DNA from: an uncultured Nitrospiraceae bacterium
Lineage (GTDB): Bacteria > Nitrospirota > Thermodesulfovibrionia > Thermodesulfovibrionales > SM23-35
Direction of reading: 5' to 3'
NCBI GenBank assembly: GCA_963727775.1
Contig: CAVSHB010000001.1
Location: 384,001 to 448,000 of the forward strand
DNA length: 64,000 bases
Within the stretch, counting starts at the first letter, position 1; each line of letters starts with the position of its first letter. This document shows positions 14,201 to 24,467 of the stretch, one piece after another. The notes below the pieces were generated by a model. It was given only the letters and a program-made list of their open reading frames with translations. It did not search any database and was not told the DNA's origin. Both the position numbers and the translations under genes were made by a program.

Positions 14201-17200
14201 GCTGATTTGACTGCATACGAGCTTGTGCTGAATGCGCAGACGGGTATCGGGAACCTCAACACCCTTGAGACACAGGCGAGCAGGCTTGATGCGGTGAATG
14301 TCAATAACAAGATAGATATCAAAAACTTCGGCGCATTGACGCTCATTGATTTGAATGCGGACGGGTTCTCTGTGAAAAATACCAATGGAGCGACAACCAT
14401 CGTGGCGACATCTCCGCTGACGGTGGCGTCTGATGTGATCAGCGGGTCTGATATCCTGTTAGCTGCTATGGAAAATAACGGCGCAGGAGACGATCTTTCA
14501 GTTAATGCGAATATTACTTCAACAGGCGGAAACATACTGCTGATGGCAGGTGATAACATCACCCAAGCAACATTGACGACAATTCAGACAAATACTGCCG
14601 GGAAGACAATACAATTGATCGCCGCATCCGGAGATACGGACAATATCGGCGGAATTACCCAGAACGGGACTGCATTGATTCAGTCGAACAATGGAGCGAT
14701 TACACTGACCGCTCGTGATACGATTTCTCTGATGAATGTGATTGCCGGAACATCGAGTATTACAGTGACATCGACAAATGCGTCTATCGAGGAAACGACA
14801 AACGATGCAGCTGCGGATTTGACTGCCTCCACATTGGTCCTCAAGGCTGCAACCGGAATTGGAACTACCGGAACTGCACCGATCGAAACAGCGGCAACTA
14901 CAATATCCGCGGACACCACGAACGGGAATATTAACCTGGCCAATACCAATGCTGCAGCTACGACTGCGACTTCACTGACTACCGGCACAGGCAACATACT
15001 GTTCAGCCAGGCGGGCGGCGGACCGCTGACCGTGAACACAGCGACAACCGGCATAGGTAATATCGGGATCAGTGTTACCGGAGCGGACCTGACAGCGCTG
15101 GTAGTATCTGCCGGGACTGTGGGTGGTGGAGTTGGAAACGGAAACGTAACTCTGACAACTACCGGCTCGGGTAATATTTTTGTTGACAACATTACCGCTT
15201 TGTCGGACACGATAACAATTAATTCGGTAGGGGCGATCGAGGAACTGCTGCCCGGTGACGCAGCTGTTGATCTGTCGGCGGGCGCGTTGGTCCTAACCGC
15301 GGTTACGGGCATCGGTACGAATGCAGCTGCGCCGATTGAGATAGCAGCTTCGACAATAACTGCTAACACGACGAACGGCAATATCAACCTCGCAAATACC
15401 AATGGGGGAGCGACAACAGCGACCTCAATAACGACAGGTGTCGGCAATATTATCCTCACGCAGAATGGCGGAGGACCATTGACAGTAACGAATGCGGTAA
15501 CCGGATCCGGATATGTCAGCATCGGGGTAACTCAGGGCGACTTAATAGCCGGTACCATAACCGCAGGCGGGAACAATCCGGTTAATCTGATGACTACCAC
15601 ATCAGGCAATATTTTAGTGGATAATGTAACTGCAGCCTCAAATATCGTTACTATTATCTCCGCCGGTTCTATCGAGGAATTGGGAGCCGATGCTGGCGCG
15701 GATGTTACGGCTAGCTCTGCTCGGCTTGTAGCGGTCAATGGAATAGGTTCGTTAGGTACAATAGAGACAGCGTTGTCCAACCTTGCGGCATCGAACACTC
15801 TACATGATATTAACCTTGCGAATACGGGCGCGCTGAATATCACGACAGTGGCAACAGCAGCAACCCCGGGGCCGGCGGGTTCTACTTCCGGAATAACCAA
15901 TGGAACAGGGAATATAATTGTAGATAATATCGGTGCGATAACAATATCCCAGCCGGTTCTTGTAACAACAAGCGGCAACATAAATATCACTGCACACAGC
16001 CCGATAACTGTGCTTGCAAATGTCACTGCACCTGGAGACATCACCCTGACGGCTTTGGAAACGACTCCAGCGGCTGCAGGAGACAATCTGACGATAGGGG
16101 ATGGAGTTGCGACTCCGACTATTCAGTCAACTGGCGGAAACATCCTTTTACAGGCAGGGGACAACATTGTTCAGAATTTAGGGACTACGATCCAGACGAC
16201 CGGCGCAGGAAAGACGATCACTTTAACCGCCGCATACAATGACAACGACAACAGCGGCGGGATCACCCAGAACGACACAGCACAGATAGTTTCCAACAAT
16301 GGAAACATTACCTTAAATGCCAGAGATACGATTTCTCTGCAATCTGTAAATGCAGGCACTGCGCTCTTAACAGTAACATCGACAAACGCATCCATAGAGG
16401 AAACCACGAATGACGTTACAGTTGATCTGACTGCTGGCACATTGGTTCTGAAGGCTGTCACCGGAATAGGAACCACTGCTACCGCTCCTATAGAGATAGC
16501 GGCTACTACGATTAGCGCGGATACGACAGGTGGAAACATTAATCTTGCCAATACCAATACAGTAGCCACTACTGCAACTTCGCTGACGACAGGTACCGGA
16601 GACATCAATTTCACACAGACAGGCGGCGGTCCACTGACAGTCACAAACGCGGTGACCACTGTTGGGAATATCAACATAGGGGTAACCGGGGCTGATTTAA
16701 CAGCTGTAACCGTAACTGCGGGAGGTAGCGGTAAGAATGTGACCTTAACAACAATTACATCCGGCAACGTATTGGTGGATAATGTGACTGCCGATGGAGA
16801 CCAGATAACAATTACATCAGCCGGTTCCATAGAAGAAGTGTTGCCGGGTGATGCGGCAGTGGATCTGACTGCTGCGGTATTGAACTTGAACGCTGTGAGC
16901 GGAATCGGTACGAACGCAGCCGCGCCGATTGAAACAGCAGCGACGACGATAACTGCTAATACTACGAATGGCAACATTGGTCTTGCCAATGCCAATGCTG
17001 CAGCAACGACAGCAACCTCACTTACTACAGGAACAGGGAACATCCTGTTCACACAAGTAGGTGGCGGTCCTTTGACAGTAACTAATGCAACGACCACAAA
17101 TGGAAATATTCTTATATTCTCCGACGCTACAATGACGGCAACGAGTGTAATAGCAGGAGGACCCGGCACGTATATAGTTTTGTCGGCAACCTCTGGAGAT

Positions 17201-20200
17201 TTACTCGTTGGGGATGTGGAGGATGCGGGCAACTATGTCAAATTAGCGGCAGCCGGAGCGGTAGTAGATAATAAAGCTGGGAATAATGTGATAGCGAACA
17301 CTCTGGCTATAGACGCAGGCACAGGTATCGGCAGTGGAGACGCATTGGAGACACAGGTGACGAACCTCGCGGCGAGGGTAACGACAGGGAACGGTAATAT
17401 AGAGGTAGCCAACACAGGGAACCTTTACCTTGTAGATGCAGCAGGCTGGGGTTATGCGGTACAGAACTTCGGGACAGGAGGGATTAACCTAAGTGCGGCC
17501 TCTGACGTAGTGGTAATATCTCCTGTAATATCCCATGGTGGGGCAGTAGTCCTGAATGCGACCACAGGGTCTATTAATCAGGTACTTGGCGGAAATATAC
17601 TGACTAACGGAGGTTCGTATACAGGCACAGCGTCAGGCAGTTACTGGATGGCGGATGGATCAGTTGTCAATACATGCAATGGCGCAATAACCGTCACTGC
17701 AGGTGGAGACATAACAATCGGACAACTTATCACCGCCGATACCGTTCACCTGACTGCCGGTGGAGCAATATTTGACGGAGATACCTGTGGGGGTTCATGT
17801 AGTTCTGAAGACATTCTGGCAGATACAGCTATATTGTCGGCAGGAACAGGTATCGGAAACGGCAATCCGATTGAGATTAAGGTAAATAACCTGACAGCTA
17901 CAACCCTTACAGGACTGATCAACATCAACACGAGAGGTGCAATAACGCTAACCGATCTTGAGACCACCGGTAGTGGAGATATCCTTTTCACCTCCAGCGG
18001 AACGATAACAGCCACGAAGGTGATCGCCACAGGAGGAAACATCGCATTAAATACAACATCCGGAGATATCATTGCCGGTGATATTGAGGCAGTGGGCAAT
18101 GTTATCATGTTAACGGCAGCTGGGGCCGTAAGCAGCGGACCGGCGAACAACATTAAGGCGACAACACTCGTGATAGATGCAGGCACAGGTATCGGCAGTG
18201 GAAATGCTTTAAAGACACAAGTGGCGAACCTTGCAGCAAGGGTAACAACAGGGAACGGTAATATAGAGGTGGCCAATACAGGTAATCTTTACCTTGTTGA
18301 TGCAGCAGGCTGGAGTTATGCAGTACAGAACTTCGGGACAGGAGGTATCAATATCAGCGCGGCTTCTGACGTAGCGGTAATCTCTCCTGTGATATCCCAT
18401 GGTGGGGCGGTAGTTCTGAATGCGACCACGGGGTCTATTATTCAGGTACTTGGCGGAAATATACTGACTAACGGAGGTTCGTATACAGGCACAGCGTCAG
18501 GCAATTACTGGATGGCAGACGGAGCCGTTGTTAATACAGGCAATGGCTCTCTAAAGGTTAATGCGGGTGGTGATATAACAATCGGACAGTTAATTGCCAC
18601 TGAGATCGCTCAGATTACATCGGGTGGAGCCATTATTAATGGTGGGAATACGGGCGGAGAAAACATCCAGACTGAGACAGCCATATTGTCGGCAAATACA
18701 GGGATCGGGAACGGCAATCCTATAGAGACCAATGTAAATGACCTGACAGCTACAACGGTTGCCGGGCCGATTAATATCAATGAGACAGACGCAATAAGAC
18801 TGGTGGATATTGAGACCGGTAACGGAAACATTGCAATAACATCCGGCAACACAATGACAGCCACAAAGGTAATAGGGGCAGGAAGCGGGGCGTTTATTTC
18901 ACTATCAACCGCTGGAGACTTACTGGCCGGAGATATAGAGGCAGTAGGCGGCTATGTCAAGTTAGCGGCTGCAGGAGCTGTGATCGACAATAACGGGGAT
19001 TTGAATAATGTGATAGCGAATACTCTGGCTATAGACGCAGGCACAGGTATCGGCAGTGGAGGCGCATTGGAGACACAGGTAACGAACCTTGCAGCAAGGG
19101 TAACAACAGGGAACGGTAACATAGAGGTAGCCAACACAGGGAACCTTTACCTTGTTGATGCCGCAGGCTGGGGTTATGCGGTACAGAACTTTGGGACGGG
19201 AGGTATCAATATCAGCGCAGCCTCTGACGTAGTGGTAATATCTCCTGTAATATCCCATGGTGGGGCAGTAGTCCTGAATGCGACCGCGGGGTCTATTATT
19301 CAGGTACCTGGCGGAAATATACTGACTAACGGAGGTTCGTATACAGGCACAGCGTCAGGTGTTTACTGGATGGCTGACGGAGCGATTGTAGATACAGGCA
19401 GCGGCGTCCTGACTGTCAATGCAGGTGGTAATATGACCGTTAATCAGTTTACGACTACCGGTATAATATTGCTGAATTCAGGCGGAGATATTTTTGTCGG
19501 AGATATAGAGGCAGTAGGCGGCTATGTCAAGTTAGCGGCTACAGGAGCTGTGATCGACAATAACGGGGATTTGAATAATGTGATAGCGAATACTCTGGCT
19601 ATAGACGCAGGCACAGGTATCGGCAGTGGAGGCGCATTGGAGACACAGGTAACGAACCTTGCAGCAAGGGTAACAACAGGGAACGGTAACATAGAGGTAG
19701 CCAACACAGGGAACCTTTACCTTGTTGATGCCGCAGGCTGGGGTTATGCGGTACAGAACTTTGGGACGGGAGGTATCAATATCAGCGCAGCCTCTGACGT
19801 AGTGGTAATATCTCCTGTAATATCCCATGGTGGGGCAGTAGTCCTGAATGCGACCGCGGGGTCTATTATTCAGGTACCTGGCGGAAATATACTGACTAAC
19901 GGAGGTTCGTATACAGGCACAGCGTCAGGTGTTTACTGGATGGCTGACGGAGCGATTGTAGATACAGGCAGCGGCGTCCTGACTGTCAATGCAGGTGGTA
20001 ATATGACCGTTAATCAGTTTACGAGTACCGGTGTAATATTGCTGAATTCCGGTGGAGCTATCCTAAATGGGAGAACCGGTGGAGGAGTTAACATTAAGGC
20101 AGACACAGCAGGGTTGTCGGCTGTTACAGGCATCGGGGTTGGAAACGCCATAAGGACACATGTAAACCATATATCTTCAACAACAATAACGGGGCCGATA

Positions 20201-20557
20201 AATATCATTGAAGTAGACGACCCTTCCATTGGAGCTTTGGACAATAAGGTTGATAAAAGCACAATGAATATTGATAAGAATAATGATAATATTTCCGCTT
20301 CAAGCTCTCAAATCTGGCGGTTTAACGGCAGGACCTGGGAGCAAAATGAGCTTGATGCGCAAATCGCAGAGGCAGGAAACCCCGAGGAAATTTTCAGGGC
20401 TGTGACCCCTGACCTTAAGATCGAAACTCGTGAATTTACCAAATATGCAGTTGTGCTTTTCGAACCGGTTACTGATGCAAAGATAAGTGAATCCCTTGAT
20501 CAGGATGATTTCAGCGCCCAGATGAAGAAAAAGTGGTGGAGGTTTATTGCCCGATAA
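2286..20557 (+). CDS. Giant TpsA exoprotein (filamentous-haemagglutinin/HMW1-like beta-helical adhesin), ~6,090 aa if the -1 frameshift at 4028-4049 is corrected
   Basis: AAGGAGG RBS (2274-2280) before ATG 2286. Signal peptide ending PALAHA, then TPS domain (AIINWQGFSI, ALNRVVG, GKVFLVNPNGIYFG). ORFs 2217-4049 and 4142-20557 share the same G/T/N/A/I-rich repeat composition and are joined by one inserted base. Confidence 0.88.
5592..7285 (+). repeat. Intragenic tandem repeat, 342-bp (114-aa) unit: three near-identical copies plus two diverged copies
   Basis: CTGGAGATGCAGCGCTGTA recurs at 5592, 5934, 6276 and 6618 (period 342); unit GDAALYATAG...NNDVNAGT. Confidence 0.95.
10800..17110 (+). repeat. 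Mosaic of diverged intragenic repeat modules in tpsA
   Basis: Recurrent blocks such as GIGTNAAAPIE.AATTITANTTNGNINLAN, GGITQNGTAQIVSNNG, ISQPV.VTTSG.I.LTAHSP and DLNADGFSVKNTNG (12179 and 14348). Boundaries approximate. Confidence 0.85.
17230..20049 (+). repeat. C-proximal repeat family in tpsA, four copies; the last two form a near-exact 570-bp (190-aa) tandem duplication
   Basis: 18929-19479 matches 19499-20049 except for a few substitutions. Related copies near 17230-17660 and 18170-18520 (NLAARVTTGNGNIEVANTGNLYLVDAAGW.YAVQNFG...YWMADG). Confidence 0.95.
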
Positions 20558-20648
20558 TGGGCTTGATTAAATAAAGAATTATTAGATATCATAATATTTC
20601 GCTTTGCATGGAAATACTTCAATAAAATAATTAAGGAGGATCGACAGG

Positions 20649-21080
20649 ATGAAGCATCATTTCGTAAAAGTAGTCGCAATTTTGATTGGGGTTTTGTTAA
20701 CAACCGGATTTTGTGCTGCAATTGTGCAAGCGCAGGAAGGACAGCAGCAACAGCAGGCGGGCAAGACAATCTTTGATTATAAGGCTGAGCTGAATCTGAC
20801 TGACGATCAGGTGAAAAAGATAAAAGATAGTTTAGCTGACCTGGATAAAGAGGTAAGAGTTTTCAGGGCTAGATTGACCCTTATTGATGTTGATTTACAG
20901 AAGCTTATGGAGAAAGACGGCGATATGAACGAGATAAAGAAAAAGGTCAATGAGGCATATGAAATCCAGGCGTCTATAAAGATTGCCGACCTTGAGGCTG
21001 CAAGGAAAATAAACGGGGTTTTGAAACCTGAGCAACTCAGAAAATGGAGAGAGATTCAGGCTAAAGCGTCAGGTAAATAA
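20649..21080 (+). CDS. Spy/CpxP-like periplasmic helical protein
   Basis: AAGGAGG RBS, signal peptide (..AIVQA), two LTxxQ-like motifs (LNLTDDQ and LKPEQ) bracketing a helical charged domain. Confidence 0.75.
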   Translation: MKHHFVKVVAILIGVLLTTGFCAAIVQAQEGQQQQQAGKTIFDYKAELNLTDDQVKKIKDSLADLDKEVRVFRARLTLIDVDLQKLMEKDGDMNEIKKKVNEAYEIQASIKIADLEAARKINGVLKPEQLRKWREIQAKASGK

Positions 21081-21105
21081 TTTTCTTCGAATAAAAGTCT
21101 TTAGA

Positions 21106-21150
21106 ATAAAACCCCTGCAGCATTGCGAGCATTGCGGCGGGGGTTTTTAT
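21106..21150. terminator. Probable bidirectional intrinsic terminator ending the tps operon
   Basis: AAAACCCCTGC...GCGGGGGTTTTT inverted repeat with A/T tracts on both sides. Confidence 0.75.
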
Positions 21151-21307
21151 TGCCCTCAGCTGTGTTTAAGAGGGGAAAACCTCGAAGGTACTTTTTCCAT
21201 GTAGGATATGTAAATCTTGCCGAAATGATTCAGCAGTTCTCTCTCTTCTAAAGGAATGATTAAAGTATTGACTGTTATGAAATCCAATTAACTTGCTCAT
21301 GCATAAA

Positions 21308-21335
21308 AGACTATCATGCGCAAATGCAATGTCAA
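21308..21335 (-). promoter_or_regulatory. Putative sigma70 promoter on the minus strand
   Basis: Minus strand reads TTGACA, 16 nt, TAGTCT, with TGn immediately before the -10. Confidence 0.45.
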
Positions 21336-21395
21336 TATTATCACTGGAGTAATAAGTTCACGTTTAGAGGCGGATTTGATAACATAATTTAATAT

Positions 21396-22010
21396 ATGAT
21401 TAAAGCTGTCGTATTTGACTTTGGCGGGGTGCTGGCTGAAGAGGGTTTCAGAGAAGGACTCAAGGCGATCGGAAGAAAAAACGGACTCAATCCCGATAAT
21501 TTCTTTGCTGTTGCCGGTGAACTTGTATACCAGACAGGATACGTAACCGGTATGTCTGATGAATCCGCCTACTGGAGTGCAGTAAGAAAAAAGACTGGAA
21601 TTTCCGGAGACGATAAGGATCTTAGAGAAGAACTTCTGAAAAGGTTTGTATTGAGAACTGAAATGGTGAGATGCGTAGAAAAACTAAAATCTTCCGGTTT
21701 TGTTGCCGCTATCCTGAGCGACCAGACAAACTGGCTTGACGAGATTAACAGGAAAACGCCTTTTTTTCATTATTTCCACTATGTCTTCAATTCTTTCCAT
21801 ATCAGGAAAAACAAACGAGATACTACAATCTTCGGGGATATTTGCTCGGAAATGGGACTCAAACCACACGAAGTTCTTTTTATTGATGATAACAAAGAAA
21901 ATATAAAAAGGGCGTCGGGTAAAGGACTAAAGGTGATACACTTTAAGGATGTAAAGAATTTTGAAATGGAAATCGAAAATGAAATAAGGGAAACAGGAAC
22001 AGAGGATTGA
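21396..22010 (+). CDS. HAD-superfamily phosphatase (YihX-like)
   Basis: Motif I VVFDFGGVL, motif II ILSD, motif IV LFIDD. Confidence 0.9.
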   Translation: MIKAVVFDFGGVLAEEGFREGLKAIGRKNGLNPDNFFAVAGELVYQTGYVTGMSDESAYWSAVRKKTGISGDDKDLREELLKRFVLRTEMVRCVEKLKSSGFVAAILSDQTNWLDEINRKTPFFHYFHYVFNSFHIRKNKRDTTIFGDICSEMGLKPHEVLFIDDNKENIKRASGKGLKVIHFKDVKNFEMEIENEIRETGTED

Positions 22011-22031
22011 AAATTTACGGGGAGGTTTGAA

Positions 22032-23483
22032 ATGAGGGCAAGAAATATTTTCATGTGGCCGGTTACTATTTTGGTATTTGTTTTTTGTAGTTCCATTGCG
22101 GTTGCAGGAAGCAATGACAGCAAAACGGGTATTCTTTCAACCGGGTTGGAAGATCAGACAGGAGTCGCATTGACTATCTATAATGTAAACCTCGGGCTTG
22201 TGAAAGACCAGAGAAAGATAAAACTGTCAAAAGGCACATGTGAATTGAAGTTTATGGATGTTGCATCCCAGATAATTCCAACAAGCGTGCATATAAAATC
22301 ACTGATAGACCCCGCAAGCCTCCAAATATTTGAACAGAACTATGAATACGATCTACTCAACCCTCAGAAGCTCCTCGATAAATATGTTGGGAAAGATGTA
22401 AAGCTCTACTACAAAAATCCGTATACGGAGAGAGAAGAGATTATTAAAGCTTTGCTCCTGTCAAATAACGGCGGACCGATTTTCAAGATCGGGGACGAGA
22501 TAACCTTCGGACATCCCGGACGGATTATATTCCCGGGGGTCCCGGAGAATCTTATCTCGAAGCCGACCCTTGTGTGGCTTCTCGAAAATAATCTTGAAGC
22601 GGAACAGAGGGTTGAAGCGTCGTATTTAACGAACGGTATAACATGGAGGTCCGACTATGTGATGACATTGAACGACAAGGATGATAAGGCAGATCTTTCC
22701 TGTTGGGTCACTATTGATAACAAGAGTGGCGCAACATATAAGAGCGCTCAGCTCAAACTTGTTGCAGGAGATGTGCATAGGGTTAGAGATGAAAATGAAT
22801 ACAAGGATAAGATGAGGCTGTTTGCGGAGGCAGCTGCAAAGCCTGCGCCGCAATTTAAAGAAGAAGAATTTTTTGAATATCACATATATACATTACAGAG
22901 GCCTGCAACGATTAAAGAAAGCCAGATAAAGCAGATAAACCTTGTAACCGCCGGCGATATCCCGGTGAAGAAAGAACTTATATTTAACGGTGCAAGGTAT
23001 TACTACTATAGCCAGTACGGCGAAGCCGTGACACAGCAGAAGGTTGGAGTATTTATAGAGGTAGAAAATAAGAAGGGAAATAACCTTGGAATACCGTTGC
23101 CCAAAGGTATTGTAAGGGTATATAAGCAGGACAAGGAAGGAAGCCTTCAGTTTGTGGGAGAGGACTCGATTGACCATACCCCGAAAGACGAAAAGATCAG
23201 GATAAAACTCGGAGATGCCTTTGATATAGTCGGGAGCAGAAAACAAACTGACTGGAAAAAGATTGCCTATGATACCTATGAAGCGGCGTTAGAGGTCTCT
23301 CTTAGAAACCATAAGAAAGAAGATGTGATTGTTAAGGTTCTTGAGCCAATCCCGGGTGACTGGACAATCCTCAATTCATCTCACGAATATACAAAGACAG
23401 AATCATTCACCGCAGAGTTCAATATTCCTGTACCTAAAGATAAAGAGGTGAAAGTCACATATAGGGTGAGGATGAGGTTTTAA
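22032..23483 (+). CDS. DUF4139-domain secreted protein
   Basis: Signal peptide; [51 protein letters not shown] motifs characteristic of this family. Confidence 0.8.
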   Translation: MRARNIFMWPVTILVFVFCSSIAVAGSNDSKTGILSTGLEDQTGVALTIYNVNLGLVKDQRKIKLSKGTCELKFMDVASQIIPTSVHIKSLIDPASLQIFEQNYEYDLLNPQKLLDKYVGKDVKLYYKNPYTEREEIIKALLLSNNGGPIFKIGDEITFGHPGRIIFPGVPENLISKPTLVWLLENNLEAEQRVEASYLTNGITWRSDYVMTLNDKDDKADLSCWVTIDNKSGATYKSAQLKLVAGDVHRVRDENEYKDKMRLFAEAAAKPAPQFKEEEFFEYHIYTLQRPATIKESQIKQINLVTAGDIPVKKELIFNGARYYYYSQYGEAVTQQKVGVFIEVENKKGNNLGIPLPKGIVRVYKQDKEGSLQFVGEDSIDHTPKDEKIRIKLGDAFDIVGSRKQTDWKKIAYDTYEAALEVSLRNHKKEDVIVKVLEPIPGDWTILNSSHEYTKTESFTAEFNIPVPKDKEVKVTYRVRMRF

Positions 23484-24355
23484 GGGTTATTCGTCAGCAG
23501 AGGAAATCCCATTTCTTCTCTCTGATGATGGTAAGCCTTTGCACAGAACCTCGCAAGATTCCTTACGCGTGCGATATACCCCGTTCTTTCAGTGACGGAA
23601 ATGGCGCCCCTTGCATCAAGAAGGTTGAAGGTATGGGAACATCTTAAGCAGAACTCATATGAAGGGAGCACCAGCCCGAGCTTATTGAGCCTGATTGATT
23701 CTTTCTCATACGAGTCAAACTGTTTCACCAGGAGTTCAGTGTCGGCATAATCGAAATTGTATTTTGAGAATTCCACTTCATCCATGTGATGTATTTCTCC
23801 GTATTTTATCCCCTTGCACCACTGGAGATTGAACACATTGTCCACTTCCTGTAAATACATGGCTATCCTTTCAAGCCCGTAAGTCAATTCAAGCGAGACA
23901 GGTTTAAGATCAATTCCCCCGACCTGCTGAAAATATGTGAACTGGGTGATTTCCATGCCGTCAAGCCATACCTCCCAGCCGAGGCCCCATGCCCCGAGAG
24001 TCGGCGATTCCCAGTCGTCTTCAACAAATCTGATGTCATGTTTCAAAGGATCTATCCCGAGATAAGAAAGACTATCCAAATAGACTTCCTGACTGTCAGA
24101 CGGAGATGGTTTCAGGATGACCTGATATTGATAGTAGTGCTGAAGCCTGTTCGGGTTTTCTCCATACCTGCCGTCAGTAGGTCTCCTTGACGGCTCAACA
24201 TAAGCTACTTTCCATGGCTCAGGTCCCAGTACCCTGAAGAATGTAGCTGGGTGGAATGTGCCCGCGCCCACTTCAATATCGTATGGTTGTAAAAGGATAC
24301 AGCCTTTTTCCGACCAGAACTGTTGGAGCTTTAAAATCAAATCCTGAAAATACAT
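23480..24355 (-). CDS. glyQ: Glycine--tRNA ligase alpha subunit
   Basis: [62 protein letters not shown] before ATG 24355. Confidence 0.97.
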   Translation of the reverse strand: MYFQDLILKLQQFWSEKGCILLQPYDIEVGAGTFHPATFFRVLGPEPWKVAYVEPSRRPTDGRYGENPNRLQHYYQYQVILKPSPSDSQEVYLDSLSYLGIDPLKHDIRFVEDDWESPTLGAWGLGWEVWLDGMEITQFTYFQQVGGIDLKPVSLELTYGLERIAMYLQEVDNVFNLQWCKGIKYGEIHHMDEVEFSKYNFDYADTELLVKQFDSYEKESIRLNKLGLVLPSYEFCLRCSHTFNLLDARGAISVTERTGYIARVRNLARFCAKAYHHQREEMGFPLLTNNP

Positions 24356-24467
24356 AGAACCTCCATAGAAGTATGAAATCATAAAAGAAGGACGGGAGTT
24401 TTGTCAAATCTAATCGGATACAACTCTGACGGCTAAACAGGGTATTATTGTGGTATAATTTCCAAAC

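Noticed and set aside
4225..20262. Numerous long minus-strand ORFs (up to 415 aa) inside tpsA
   Set aside because: Antisense shadows of a repetitive G/T/N/A/I-rich gene whose codon usage yields few reverse-strand stops; no independent motifs.
20210..21080. CDI (CdiA-CT/CdiI) toxin-immunity interpretation
   Set aside because: No VENN or other pre-toxin motif seen, the C-terminal domain is short, and the downstream gene looks Spy/CpxP-like. Not fully excluded without an HMM search.
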